Notes under the pieces: generated by a model
What the model was told of the DNA's origin: nothing
Seen by the model: only the letters and a program-made list of their open reading frames with translations
Database searches by the model: none
DNA from: Paramecium tetraurelia
Lineage: Eukaryota
Direction: 5' to 3'
Length of the DNA stretch: 64,000 nt
NCBI GenBank assembly: GCA_000165425.1
Contig: CT868056.1
Coordinates: 62,001-126,000, forward strand
Translations under genes and position numbers: made by a program
Shown: in pieces, positions 11,910-25,700 of the stretch
How the letters are laid out: the number at the start of each line of letters is the position of its first letter
Position numbering within the stretch: the stretch's first letter is position 1

Positions 11910-13556
11910 ATGGATATTGAGAAAGAAATCGTAAAATTGTCTTCTTGCTAAAAGTTCTTGCTTATTCAAAGCTTTAGAACTTTGATCAATATAATTGATT
12001 TGGAAAATTTCAAATAGAAGCAAATCAACTTCAGAGATGCTGAAATTTCATTTATTGATTACTTCGATAATGAGTTGTTGATAGGGGACAAATAAGGAAA
12101 ATTATATTACAAAAACGAGTCCTTCTAAGTGCATTCTGGCTAATTTTTATAAGGGATTGTTAAAGACGGAATGTTGCTATCATTGGGTTCAGATGGTTTA
12201 TTAAAATAAACTAATATCAAAACATTTTAATGTCTCTACTCTAGATAATTGTCTCATCACATCAAGGAAGGAACCTTATATCTGTTGACCTCCCATGTAT
12301 TGGTCTAATATGGTTAGAAGATAGTGCTAATTAACTTAGAAAACGATGTAAAAGATTATCATATTCAAGGTAGTAGAAACAAAGTATAAAATAAATCAAT
12401 AAGGACCTCTGATAGTCAAATTGAACAATCTTTCCAAAGACTACTTCTCCGTTTTGGGCAAGGAGGGTTTATTGAAAATATTCAAATTAGGCGACAGCTC
12501 AGAAACAATATAAACTATTGAGATTGGAAGCTATGAAAATTATGAATTATATTACATGGCCAAAAAGACTACAATATTGCTTTGGAATCAAGACAGTATC
12601 ATCGGATATGTTTTCGAAAAAGAATTAAATAAGTAATATGAAGTCAAGATAAACAACTTATAATCTGTGATGCAAGGAGAAAAATTACTGATTGTCTACG
12701 ATAACATCAGCAATCCAAAATTAAAATAGATACAGAATATTGAGAGTTAAAAATTCAAATCTTTATATTAATAAGAATAATTGCTCAGATTCAATGAATT
12801 GTAATAATAAAAGTAGGATGATTAAAATTAAAACAAATAACAATCGAATCCTATCCCCATTGCTTTTTACGACTTTGCTTACTTTAACAACTAAAGTTCT
12901 CTTGTCAAAGATGATAAGATTGAGCCAAAAACTATTACTAGTGAACAAAATCTAATTAATGTGCTTAAGCAGTCGTTGATTGCCAAGGATAAGGCTTATT
13001 TAGAATATGCTTTAGAGCGAACTCTTTAAAGTGGAATTGCTGAATCTGTCAATTCCTTACAACTTGAACAATTATAAGAACTCTAGCATTTCATCGTGGA
13101 TAAGTTGATAAGTTATCCTGAATAAACAAAAAAGTATTTGGAATGGATCAAAGCCATAGTAAAAAGAGGAGTTGGAGATTTCTCTAAATTGTATTATCTA
13201 TTGGAAGAGAGAACGAAATCAATCAGTAAATTAGAATCAATCTGTTCAAAGATTCAATTCAATAAATTGACCCAGAAACCTAAATAGGATAAAGATTATA
13301 GAAAACAATAACACACCGTTTATGAAGAATAGTAGGCTGACGTTGTGATCATCCAAGGGAATGTCCCTGAAAAGCATGTTGCTGAGGCCAACTACGCAGA
13401 AGATTAGACAAGTTAAATTGAGGATGATTTCAATTAAGCTTATGTTAAAGTAAAGTTTAGATTGTATATTTTTAATAGCACAAGTAAGAACTTAGACAGA
13501 AGGCTTATTAAGACATAGAAGAGGAAGCTTATGATGAAGAAGATTTAAAACTTTGA
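11910..13556 (+). CDS. Utp5/WDR43-like U3 snoRNP protein (divergent WD40 region, Utp12-type helical domain, acidic tail)
   Basis: Beta-propeller-like N-terminus (LLIGDKQG, LLSLGSDG), then LINVLKQSLIAKDKAYLEYAL...YLEWIKAIV...LLEERT and a D/E-rich end. TGA at 13554-13556. Confidence 0.6.
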
Positions 13557-13593
13557 TTAATTATGTATATATCTATATAAGCAGATCAAATTA

Positions 13594-14588
13594 TCAATTT
13601 AGAATAACTAAAATCTTTGATGGTAATATCTGTTTTCAATTCTAGAACGAGGGAGTTCAATTAAGGAATTTTATTGAGATTTTGTTGTAATTAATTTACT
13701 TAATTCATTACCTATTCATAGGGATCTTCACTTTATTATTTGAATAGTTTTACTGATTCTACGAAATCATCATTTTAATTGAGTCTGTTGTCGAAATCAT
13801 CTTTGTAAACTAAACTCGTTTAAACTAATTAATCTATGTCAGTTCTAATCTATCTTAATTGAAACTTCAATATATTTAATAACAATGTACATCGACTTTT
13901 TCATTGAATTCAGTTTATATCACCTAACACTTCATTTTGAGTTGATCCTGAATGTTCTCCAAATATTCCTGCATCTATTATTTTGATTATTCAGCTTGAA
14001 ATTTGACTTTCTAAATAATTAAAAATGAATTACATTAAATAATTACATTTACTGTAAAATCAGATTTCCAATTAATTCACTTTGTTAATTGTCCTTTTTT
14101 AGAAAAATTAAGATGGGTTATTCAATGAATTCAGTCAATTTAACAATTTAATCATGTTTGCATTGGATTATTTTATGTTTGCATTCTCTGCATAATAAAT
14201 GAGTATCACATTAGGGTAAACAACATAGATTTTGTGCAATCCTCTTTCTTTGTTAGGTTTTGTTGATATGTCTAACACATTAGTGATGTGATGGAGATTG
14301 TTTAGGCGAGTCTGAAAAATCTCTCTCTCTTTCTCTAGAGGTTTGAGCATTGGATCTCCGAGTTGAATGTCTTTGGAAATAATTATCGAATCTGTTTGAA
14401 TGCTATTTTTAATCTTCAGGCGGTTCCCAAAGAGAATTCATATCAGATCTTCTTGTTGCCAATACTTTAACCAAATTGAGACTAGCCTTACTAGATTTGC
14501 CATTTTTATTAAGGGAATGTGGTTTGGTATGGATATTTTCCTTCATAAGATTAACATGTATGATTGGGGATTTGTCTCTTTTTTACAT
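13594..14588 (-). CDS. Hypothetical protein with a Cys/His cluster followed by coiled coil
   Basis: Long ciliate-code frame from ATG 14588 containing CCLPQCDTHLLCRECKHKIIQCKH (B-box-like). The 3' exon structure and stop were not fully traced. Confidence 0.55.
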
Positions 14589-14634
14589 TCGTTAAAAAAT
14601 ATAAATTTATATATAATTTTACAAACATATTATA

Positions 14635-17600
14635 ATGCAAGAAAAACCTCAATTAATATTGTGCACCGAGGAAAATATGGATGACTACAAAGAACCTAAT
14701 TTAGAGGAGAGTGTTGAATTTGTGGAAATAAAACATGATTTTTGTGATTCAAGACCTCAAAGACATAGCTTACCTGAGAGTCTAAGCTAAAATATTTTGA
14801 CATAAATCAATGAACTTCATGAGTTCTTACCACATAAAGAAATGTAAATCAAGGTGTAAGAAATTACGAAAAAAGAAAATAGAAAATTCACAATTCGAGT
14901 TTATTATTTCGTAAAAAGGTTCCTTACTAAATTATCAGTGAGTAGAAGACATAAATTATTCTTTAAAAGCATACATTTTCAAATTGTTGGCGATAAAGCT
15001 AGTGGAGAATTGGAGAAATTAGGATAAATCAAAAAGACAGATAAAAAAAGAAAAAGAAATGAAAATACATTTTCATGCTATAATCCTTTGACTGGCCTAT
15101 TGAAAGTGCTACCGATAATCTATCCTTAATCGGTATCCAAAATTATCTGGGATTTATGTTTGTGCATAGTCTTGATTTACTTCTTCATTATGATTCCATT
15201 AGAATTAGCTTTCAACAATTCAATCATGTACTTCTAGTCTATTTGGCTAACTGTTCCCTTCTATTTGTTCCTAATAATCGATTACCTCATGAAAATGAAC
15301 ACAGTCTACTATGAATATGGATAACCAATAATAGATAGGTCATTGATTTTCAACAACTATTTGAAACAAGGCTTATTAATAGACGGCATTTCATTAATAG
15401 TATTACTTTGCGGCTTTTTTAATGATTACTTTATTCAAAGTCGATGGCTCAACCTTTCATTAATACTCTTCATTACCCAATATCATTACTTCGCCTAGGT
15501 GGTTAGAAATATGGAAGAATCCATCCATCTGAGTAAGACTCAATCGTCAATTGTGAATTTAGCCAAATTGATTTTCACAATCCTCTACTTTCTACACATT
15601 TATAGTTGTTTGTGGTATTTTATAGGTTCATATGCCAACGAAATAGGGATGGTTAATTGGCTGGATAGTCGTCATCTTTCGGAGGCACCTTATGAAACTC
15701 AATATTTGGAGGCTTTTTACTTCTCGACTGTGACGATGATTAGTGTGGGATATGGGGACATCGTGCCTTTAAGTAATAAACTAAAGTATTTTAGATGCCT
15801 TAGAGAAGATTTGTACAATCCTTTTTATGTTCACTACTTGTGTGTAACTGTCATTCAGTGTAAATACTGTAGGAGAGATATTAAATTCAATTAGTTTGTC
15901 TACTGAAAATACTACTGAAAAGATTAGAATTATTAATAAGTTCATGAATAGAAAGAAAATCAGCTTTGAATTGCAATATTAGTAATTAAATAAAATAGTA
16001 ATCTTAGAATAAGGGAATACATCAAAATATATTGGAGTCAATAATTGCAATAAGAAAATGAGGAGGAGGAGAAATTAATCACTTCCCTATCGGAGAATCT
16101 AAAGAATAAATTAATACATGAGGCTAATTTCTCAATCATTGAAAAGTGTGATTTATTTCAACAAACCTTTTCTGTTGACACCAAATAAAAATTAATCAAA
16201 TTGTTCAAAACAGTGCTCATAACTCCAGAATAGACCATCACTTGTGAATTACCAGAGTACAATGAACCCTGTTTGTGTTTCATTGATTAAGGAACATTGA
16301 ATATTTGTGCCAACATTACAGATCAATCTGAAGGTATAACATTTTCTTAAGGCTAATTCTTTGGATTGGAAGAACTGCTAACTGGTCAATAGCCGCAATT
16401 ATAATTACAATCTTTGTCATTTGTTAAGTTATTAATCTTAACGAGAACTGATTTTATTAATACTTTAAGGGATAATCCATAAGATTATGAATCCTTTTGT
16501 TAAATGAAAGACGAAATACTGTTGCACTAAAGAGATTCCAAGACCAAATGCAAATCTTGCAATTGTATGGGTCATGATATCTAAAATTGTCCCATTGTTC
16601 ATTTTGTGATTGACAAAGAAAGAGTCATCAAATCGTATTAATTCCAATCGGAACAAATAAGGGTGAAAGGTATGAGAAATAGATGTCGAATAAGAAACTA
16701 ATTTAATGCTATTTTTGATCAATGGTTTCTACAGGAAATTGCATCTATGATGAAGAATCACGAAGACCTACCTATTGTTCAATTCTATGGAATCCAATGT
16801 GTAGATGATTCTGAAATCAAATCTCCACAATAATAATTGCTATAATCTAAAGATTCTATGATCACCAATGACCGGGGATCGTTTAGTTATGTTGATTAGG
16901 TTATTCAAAATGCAGTCAGTCCTTCGCCTCCAAAGATATTTGATCACTCCATTTTTCGTAAATATTCAATTTAAATTAGATCCTTAGAGTAAAGTTTAAA
17001 GAAGAAATTATCCTAAATAGAGCATTAGAATCAAGAACTTTGGTATTAAGATTAAATTCCAAAAAATTATAAAGAAGGTTATGAAAATGCAAAACTATTC
17101 AAAAGCTTTTAAAAGACAAAACGATATAGAATCAAACCATAGATTTAATAAAAACATTAAATTCATTGTAGATAATTATTTTAAAACAAATTCAATAAAA
17201 GATTATTTAAATAAAGTTGAGTATGAAAATCTTTACTTTCTCAAAATGAAATGTGATTTAATTTAATATTCAGAACTTGTTTTATCCAAGCCTTTTGAGA
17301 TATAAAAAGAATATTAAATATATTAAGTACATAATAATTTATCCCATGTAATTAAGAAGTCAGATGTGTTTTTAGAATAATAAAAGAGTAGAATATCGTT
17401 TAAATAGGAAACACCCAAAAATGATAAATTAATTAAGTTGAACTAAGAAGAGAGAAGAATTATCTTAAAGGACAGCCTCATCAGGTATCTTTCCTATCCA
17501 AATTTATACTTTTCAAAATATTACGATAAAAACGAACCAAATGAAACCCCTTAATCAATAGGATAGAAGAAGGCAAGAGCTCTATTCAAAGCCTACAAGA

Positions 17601-17716
17601 AGCGATAGATAATGAGATAAAACGCATTTCTTTTACCTACTTCTCAAAAGAACGATAGCAAAGGGCTAAAATCCTCTTTGGCGGTAGGAATAAATGTGAT
17701 AGTGCCTGAAAATTGA
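14635..17716 (+). CDS. 6TM K+ channel with degenerate CNB-homology domain
   Basis: KIIWDL S1, pore TVTMISVGYGDIVP (~15725-15770), C-linker and CNBD-like GQFFGLEELLTGQQP. Tiny introns include a 20-nt one near 17388-17407. TGA at 17714-17716. Confidence 0.9.
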
Positions 17717-17764
17717 TTTAATATATAAAACAATTATACTATGGGTTAATAATTATATAATAAA

Positions 17765-18568
17765 ATGCAATATGATCGATCGCTTTTAACAGTTGATATA
17801 CTCGGGGCCCAACCTAAATCTAGAAATGTTTACATGAATAGGTTGTTGCCGCATTAACTAAAATATGTAGAACAAATAAGAGTTTAGTAATGAATATAAA
17901 GTCATGAAAGACAACAAATTCCAAAATAAGATTACAAATTTGGGAGGAGAAGATACTAACATGATTTCCATCACTTCTGCAATATATGCATTCCTTAAGG
18001 GGAGGAGTACTTTGAAAGAACCAATAAGAAACACTTCGTAATTCCAGAGGGAGAAATAAAATAATATAGAGCCTTAGAGAATTATTACGATCAACCCAAG
18101 TATTATAATTGATGTTGATGAGGGCAAATTGAGGCTGATAGATTGCTATGCACAAATGACATTGACGGAGCAGTTCCAGGTTCTTTGCAGAGTCAGGCTG
18201 TCCGTAATCACGATGTAGCATAGAAGCTGAGAATATAGAGAGATGAGTAGAGAGCACAAAGAAAAAGAGCATTATATCAATCACAAATAGAATAGAGTTA
18301 GGAAGTCTAAGAAAGGGAATCTCCATCACCTTACAGAAATAAATCACTATCAGTTCAATTATCCCCTGTATAGCCGACCTAACCCTATGAATATATGAAT
18401 AAGCCTTTAAAACTACCTCCAGTAAGTGATAGAATCACGACTTACACAAATCCAGCAAACAACAGCAAACTACAGTTGCGATAGAACCATCAAACATTTT
18501 TGTCCTAGGAATAGGAAAAGACTCTGAAGTTTATAAAGAAGTAGCCAGCATTGAGATTATTTGTTTGA
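17765..18568 (+). CDS. Hypothetical protein with DIxGA-P repeat motifs
   Basis: N-terminal SLLTVDILGAQPK and internal LCTNDIDGAVPGSL. The last exon is open to TGA 18566-18568. Internal introns are not fully resolved. Confidence 0.5.
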
Positions 18569-18573
18569 TATAA

Positions 18574-19143
18574 TCATGAATAAAATTCCTACTGAAGTTG
18601 CTTATTTGATCTCAAATAATGCTAAGGGAGATTCCACTTCACATATTTTTTCTATTAAACTTACTCTGTTGATTTTTTGAGAACTCCTTTGTCCAAACTT
18701 TATATTTTGGGTCTGTTAACAGTTCCAATATCTGAGTAGGAAAGAGGAGCTGAACTCTACTCTACGTTATTGGAGAGGTTCTTGTCAATATCCACATCAA
18801 AGATGTATAAGGATCTGGACTTGATGAAGGTCGGATGTGGTTTACGCTTCTTTGTTGATTTGTTTGATTCTGTTGTGATGTTGCAATAGTCAGATAGCAG
18901 GTAGATGGATTTGTCAGAGTTGGAGGATTTGCTTCGACTTGTTGGTTTCCTTGTAGATGAGAACTTGGATTGCCGATCTGATGAGTCTCCTGGAGAACGT
19001 TTTTTGGATCGATTCCTAGTAGATTGTTCTGTGAATCTATTGCTTCTGTTGGTTCTGATTTCATTTTGATCGCATGAACAATCACAAGAAACATAATTAA
19101 TGTAGCATTGAAATTAACAATTCCCTATAGTAATTGTTCCCAT
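18574..19143 (-). CDS. Hypothetical 189-aa protein, MG start with Cys-rich N-terminus (possible lipid anchor)
   Basis: Intronless ciliate-code frame MGTITIGNCQFQCYINYVSCDCSC, S/R/K-rich middle, GVLKK...KYVKW end, TGA at 18574-18576. This is a different frame from the listed ORF 18762..19094. Confidence 0.65.
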
Positions 19144-19164
19144 TTAATTGATAATTTTAATTAA

Positions 19165-19940
19165 TCATTTTCCAAAAATAAATCCCAAGATGAGCGATAT
19201 TGCAGCTATGATCAAAATATGTTTCAACTCAAATTTGTTAGCTATTAGAAATATGCATCAATAGTATACCATGGTGTTTGACAGCCACTTCTTATTGTTT
19301 CACACTCTTTAGCATCAATTGATAATCAGAAAGTTCTTTTTACTATTACATATATACAAAGAGTTTACTAATTGATCAATTTGATCTTGATATCTCTAGA
19401 TTTCCTCATCCTTCTCTTTGGATTGGGAATCAATAACTGATTAATACATTTGACTTATGTTTTCATGTGGCTCTGAAATAATACTTTATTGCAATTCCTA
19501 ATGAACTATTTCGTGCTTAATTTCTGGCTACTTGAGTCTACTTCTAACCTAGACTTATTAAATCAACGATGGGTCCTTTTATTTCCAATAAGTAGTGAGA
19601 TCTTGTTATTCAATGATGATTATGTACCCTGTTCATCTTGTTCAATTGTGCAAGCATTAATCTGAAATTTGGAGTTCAATTTGCCTTCCTCTTTGATTGG
19701 TTGGATTGTATTTATGGAGATGGAAACTTGATTGTTGGGTGATATGATGCCCAAATTAGGTTTGACTTAAAACAAGTTGGGTGTTGTAGTTTTGACCTTG
19801 TTAATTAGTGTATGGCTTACTTTGTAGGATAGAGTATTAGGAGTCAAGTTGAAGATATTGAGAGTCGTAGAGGCTAAATTATTGTCTTGAAGAATGAAGT
19901 CTAAATATTGTTTTGGTTCGATGTCAATTAATCCTTACAT
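19165..19940 (-). CDS. VAP: VAMP-associated protein (MSP domain, coiled coil, C-terminal TM)
   Basis: LIDIEP...YK|VKTTTPNLFQVKPNLGII (MSP signature, intron 19797-19820) and tail anchor HILIIAAISLILGFIFGK-stop. Confidence 0.85.
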
Positions 19941-19959
19941 AAAATATATTGATTTATTT

Positions 19960-21970
19960 TCATTATATAAATGAGTCTTTTAATCCAAGGATGTTGATGA
20001 TGTTATTTCTGGCAATTGGATGATAGAATGTCTCGTGTGAGCGGAAGGTTTGGACTGCAAAATCACTAAAATACATTTAAACTAATACTGATCCAACTTA
20101 TTCAGAGCTCTGTAAACTGGATAGACCATCTTGCCTCTGCCAACTGCTCCAAGGAAATCTGCAATCTACATGAATCTATTCTTGTCTCCTGCTGTTAGGA
20201 TTGCTCTGAACCATCTGAATTTCAACTCGAAATCGTTTTCTTGAGTTAACTTTAGATCTTTATCGATTTATTCAACAACAGTCAATTTCAACTAATTGTT
20301 CTCTGCCTTCTTAAAGAGATCCTCTAAGAAAATCTGCTTCTATGAATGCAAGAAGGTTTTATAATCTTACCAATTTGTGGGTTGTTTTCCATCAGCTGTG
20401 ATGTAAGCGTTCGAATAATCTAAGGCTTAAGTAAGCTTATTGGTGGAAAAGTCAACAAACACTGGTGGCAATCCTGGAGAGTACACCCATCTATTCCAAT
20501 TCTCTAAGATCTTGTATCTCTTTGTAGAATAATCATCCACACCTTGTTCTTGCAAGTATCTTAATAAGAAGTTCTAAAACTCCTATTGATCAATAGATTA
20601 ATATTTATATTGTGCTAAATAAGCTCGAAGCATCATTTTAAAGTCCTATTCTCCCACAATAGATTCTAAATAATTTAAAAATTGATATCCTTTTTCATAA
20701 GGGATCTCACTGAAAGAATCATCTGGATTAAGTCCAGTGGTATCAGGATGCAAAGAAGAGAAATTACTCTCAAGTCCATAGCCAAGCATGTCTTAATACA
20801 TAGATGTATTTCCAATGATAGCATTTAATTTAATATCATCAGGGATGTTATAATGTATTAAGGATGCTTTTCTCTCTAGAAATACTGTGAAACCTTCATT
20901 GATCCACATATTTGCCCAATTCACACAGGTGATTGTGTTACCGAACCAAGAGTGAGCCATTTCATGAATGGTGACTGCTAAACCGCTACCTGTTCCTGTC
21001 ATGATGGAAGGATTAGCGAATGTTAATAGGGGATTCTCCATACCACCGATGGGGAAGGATGGGGGTTGAATGACCAAAGTGTAAGTGCCCCAAGTATAAG
21101 GTCCAATGTATTGTTCAATGGCTAATAAGAATTATTCCATTTCCTTTAATTCTTCAGTGTAGGCAGCCAGTTTATCTGGTTCACTAACCAAAAATGTTCT
21201 GCCTCCAGTACTTGTTGGAACCTTCTAAATGTTACCTGCCACAATAGCGATAAGGTAACTGGGAATGGGGACTTTTTGAATAAAATATTTATATTTCCAA
21301 GTGAAGGTCGCTTCGTCTTATGGTTTATTCAGAATTTTGAATTGCTCCTTGCTTTCATCGGCTGACATGAACACATCTTTTGCCTCAGTGTCCTTGTATA
21401 TTATGGTAGCAGTGTATGTTTATTTGATGGCTGGAGTGTCCTACAATGGGGCCAATGCTCTGCAGTTCGCATCCTCGCATTGTGAGAATAGGTAGGGCAT
21501 GGCTATGGATAGAGATTGTGATACTTTTGGTGGAAGTTTATTCCTTAGTCATGAAGCTGATGGCTCTGGATTTGGAATCGATGGAGTATTTGATTGATAA
21601 TTCTACATATTCTCCTCTGTAATAGGTTCTGTCCAGTTGGATATTGAGGCGTTGGCCTTGGTCAGAGTCAGCATATGGACTGTCAATTGTATGTGGAAGT
21701 AATACTCCATTTTTGAGGTATGTAGAATAGATGTTGAGTTTATAGATATCCAGGGAAATCTAGAATACAGTATGGCTATACTTTGTTGATTTAACGACCT
21801 ACAACTTAAAATGAATAAGAAGATGTAGCATTGATGTATTTCTTATCCATGTTCAACAACCATTCCAAATGAAGGTGTCTATTCTGAACATCCAAGTAGT
21901 TTGAAAAGGTATTCACATCAATCTCGTATGCTTGTAAGCATATAATAGATGATATCACCAATAGGATCAT
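19960..21970 (-). CDS. LTA4H: M1 zinc aminopeptidase, leukotriene-A4-hydrolase type
   Basis: [50 protein letters not shown] and C-terminal FYHPI. Confidence 0.92.
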
Positions 21971-22776
21971 TAATTAATGTTAATTTTATTAATTATCAAT
22001 ATATATTCTTGGGAACATTAATATTCGTGATGATGTTGTCCTTAATCTCATCAAATATTTATGAAACGCTGAATAATTTACACCTAAAGTCAAGGATCAA
22101 ACCTTCAAATTTAGTTGAATTTACACAAATATCCTCCCAATCATCAGTGTTATTTAATGAATCTATGGATAGGTGTTGATAATATTACAATATATGAGTT
22201 GCATAAAATAATGCAAATCTACAATGACGAAAACATTATTTAAATGATATAAGTAGTTTGTTCAAACATGGAATTGATTGAAAAAATTTGAAATAAATAA
22301 TTGTCAATTTAATTAAGTTTTTGATCATTTGGATGCATTTCAAAACTTAAATTAATTACTTATACTCAGTTAAAAAGTTGATATAATTGTCAATTAGAAA
22401 AATAAAGAAATGAAAATCATAGTATCTATTCTATGTGGTGAGTTGTATTTTATTTGAATTTCCAAAATATCAAAGTAGATGAAAAGGTTTTTAATGTTGA
22501 GTCTACATTAGTGAGTTGTATTTTCATTCTGGCATTTCTAATTAAATGTAAATTTCTTAATAAACTAATAAAATATTATAATATATATCAAACACTTATA
22601 TTAATTTTAACTAGATCTTCAAATTAAAATCATCCTTTCACATAAATTATAAATAACATTACCTATCTCTCAAAAGAAGTGGGTTATTCATGGTAAAACT
22701 AATTAAGTAATAGAGTAGGGTTTTGCTCAAAGATGAAAAGAGTACTTATATGAGATTATTTATAATATTTAATTAT

Positions 22777-25700
22777 ATGAAAAAAGGAAGAGCAGATAAT
22801 TAAGTTTAGCCTATAATAAAGAACAAAAATTAGGCTTAGAGTGAAAATCGGAATCACTCATATGATAAGTAACTCTATGTTGAATAATAATAGTGATCGT
22901 CCTCATCCTTATGAAACTCCCCAGAAATATAACCACACTAGCAGAGAAGAGGATAAACGAATTAATTAAAACCAAAAAGTATAATCCAATAGGTTTCAAT
23001 AGGAGGAGTAAATTTAGTATTTATTAAAGCTCGAAACTGCCCTATGAAATCAATTATGAGAATGATTTTGAAAATTAAAAAATATCAGAATACTCTCTCG
23101 ATAGTATCAGAAGAGAGGACCATATTGAAGATAGAATCAATAAGCATACATTACACAAGTCAACTCACTTCTATTCAAGATTACTGAAATCATCTTCTCA
23201 AAAACACAATAAAGAATTAAAGCAAGAACCAGAGCCTGAAAAACCTGGTATTGCTATGAATCTATTAAATGCTTTCGATCAATAAAAATAACCAGAAGAG
23301 TAGGCTGAGTATTTTAATGATGTAGAATATGAGAAGATCAGTCGCAGACACTTAAAATTGATTAAAAGAAATCCAATGAAGGATCCCTATTATGTTAGAT
23401 TAGTCAAGTTGTCAGAATTTGAAAAGTTGAATTACGAATTGCAAGTATTGTTCTGTCAATATTTAGAAATACAACGATACCTCGCCTTTTCTTTAGACGA
23501 GAAAACACCTTTTATTCTCTATCTATTGCATCCCTATATTAGCAAGGAAAATCGTCAATAATGTGCTCTTCAAAATTCTCATGACCTTTCTCATCCTCTT
23601 TAATGTGGTTTTATACATAGTTGTTAAAACTAATGGGAGAACTGACACAGGGACGATCGAATAAACTGTCATGCTACTATTTATTTCTGAAATCGGCTTG
23701 AGAATAATAGCAAGTGGAATATTCTTTAATGATTACGCCTTCTTTAGAAATATGGAAAACGTTTACGACTTTATTTTAATATTCTTCACCGCCATGAGCA
23801 TCTATTACCCAGATATTATCATTATTGATGTCTCACCCTTGAGATTGGTTACACTGTTGATGTATTTGACAAACATCTTTCAAGGTCTGAATGTGATGAT
23901 GACAGCATTAAAGCAGTCATTCAAATATCTGATAGAAGCTTTGATGATAGTCATTATGTTTTCTTTGATCTTTGCATCGATGGGAATATTCCTGTTTCAA
24001 GGATTGTTCAATTATAGATGTCAATACGAGAATGGAGATGAGACTGAAGGTTGGATTCAGTGTAATTAAGCCAGATGTCCAGATAATATGCAATGTATGT
24101 ATAGTGAGTACACACCCAAAATGCCAACATCCTTCAACAACTTGATTGGATCTTTAGGGTAGATTTTGAGAACCATTACAATGGATGATTGGAGTTGGGT
24201 GATGTTCTTCACAATGAGGATATTTCATCCTTGGATTTGGCTGTATTACTTGTTAATTATATTCATTGGGGGTTTCTTTGGATTCAATATAGTTATTGCA
24301 GTCTTGAAAGTCCATTATTCAGAAGCTACTCAAGAAAATAAAGAGCATGAGGAGGCTAAGGAAATTCAAAAGAGATTGAAAGAGGAGGAAGAGTTTCCAG
24401 AGAGAGATCTACTTGAAACTTTGGATGTAGCACATCTGAGAGACATCGGAATTTACAAAGTGATAAAGAAATACAGAACTCTCCTAAACGAAAACTCATT
24501 AGTAGATTATGCTATCGAAGACCCATCCAGCTTCAAACAATCATATCAAACCACCAGAACTCTATCTGCTCGATAAAAGCAATTAGAAAGTGGAATTATC
24601 AAACTCCCATTTGTTGATTTTGTTACAAGTTTCACTTGGAAGAGATTTCTACTCCCCAAATTCTATATCCTGGATGAATTGATTAAGAAGATCAAAATCA
24701 AGAATTACACCGAAGACGAGTTTAATATGCAAGTTATTGAAAAGTTAAAGGGAATAAAATTTTCAAGATTATAACCTCAAGTTAATAAGGAAGTTAAATA
24801 GAATTTCATCTCCCAAAATGATATTCTATTAAAACTAATGTATTCATCTAATATCTTATTTTAGTGACTAATAGGATGTTATCCAATAAGAAAAGGTCTT
24901 CAATTTAGAAAAGATTAGAGCAACGAAGTTTAAAATGATCTATCATCAGATAAAACTAAAAGGTTAAGGCTAATTCAGTAAAACCAATCTCAATAAGTCT
25001 CTGTTCCCTACGAAAAGCAAAACCCAATCTCCATTCGTTAGTATGATGTAAAAGAAAATGGAAAATTCAACAGATTCTCTCATTTAATTAGATAAAACTG
25101 TTGACAAGCATTCTAAGATGCTTCATTCGGGTAATTCTGAGGTGGTACTTAAGTAATTTACAGTATATAAAAATGGCCAGCTTTATGTTTTCATTTAGGG
25201 ATATTACACTAAGTATGATGGAGTTAAAGAAAAAATTAATCAAAAAATTCCAATTATTAATCACAATTTGGTTTCGAATTAATTTAAGTATGAGGGAATG
25301 AGAATGAAGGAGTATTAGCATTAAAAATAGATAAGTAAGCATAATTGGTCAGGAAAGGATGTTCTTGAAGTGAATAAGACGAGAATGAGGCAATTTTACT
25401 CGATCTTAATGGTGCTTAATAGAGTAGACATCATTATATGGATAAAGGGCTTGAAGGGGTTATATATAATGTCTTAAAAATATGCCTATCTTATTGCCAC
25501 TGCTAGATTCAGTCAATTCTTCTTTGATTTAGTCATCCTAAATAATTTCACTTTTTTATCTCTCTAAGGAATTGTGGACATATCTATAATATCTACAGTG
25601 GAAGACATCTCCACAATTTTGCTATGCTGTGAGCTAGTAACGAGATTCATTGGATTTAAATTGAAAGACATATTAAAATCTGCTGATATGATATTGCAAT

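Noticed and set aside
17820..18347. 175-aa minus-strand ORF in the track
   Set aside because: It lies antisense to the plus-strand gene with DIxGA-P motifs, and its hydrophobic look is the expected mirror of a purine-rich coding strand.
18762..19094. 110-aa minus ORF in the track
   Set aside because: An alternative frame. The neighbouring frame runs cleanly from ATG 19143 to TGA 18574.
21971..22776. Long AT-rich gap, as also at 7048-7762, 30118-31057, 44470-45078 and 49484-50086
   Set aside because: No convincing ORF, RNA gene, terminal inverted repeat or tandem repeat could be read. They may hold gene relics, but I cannot support that.
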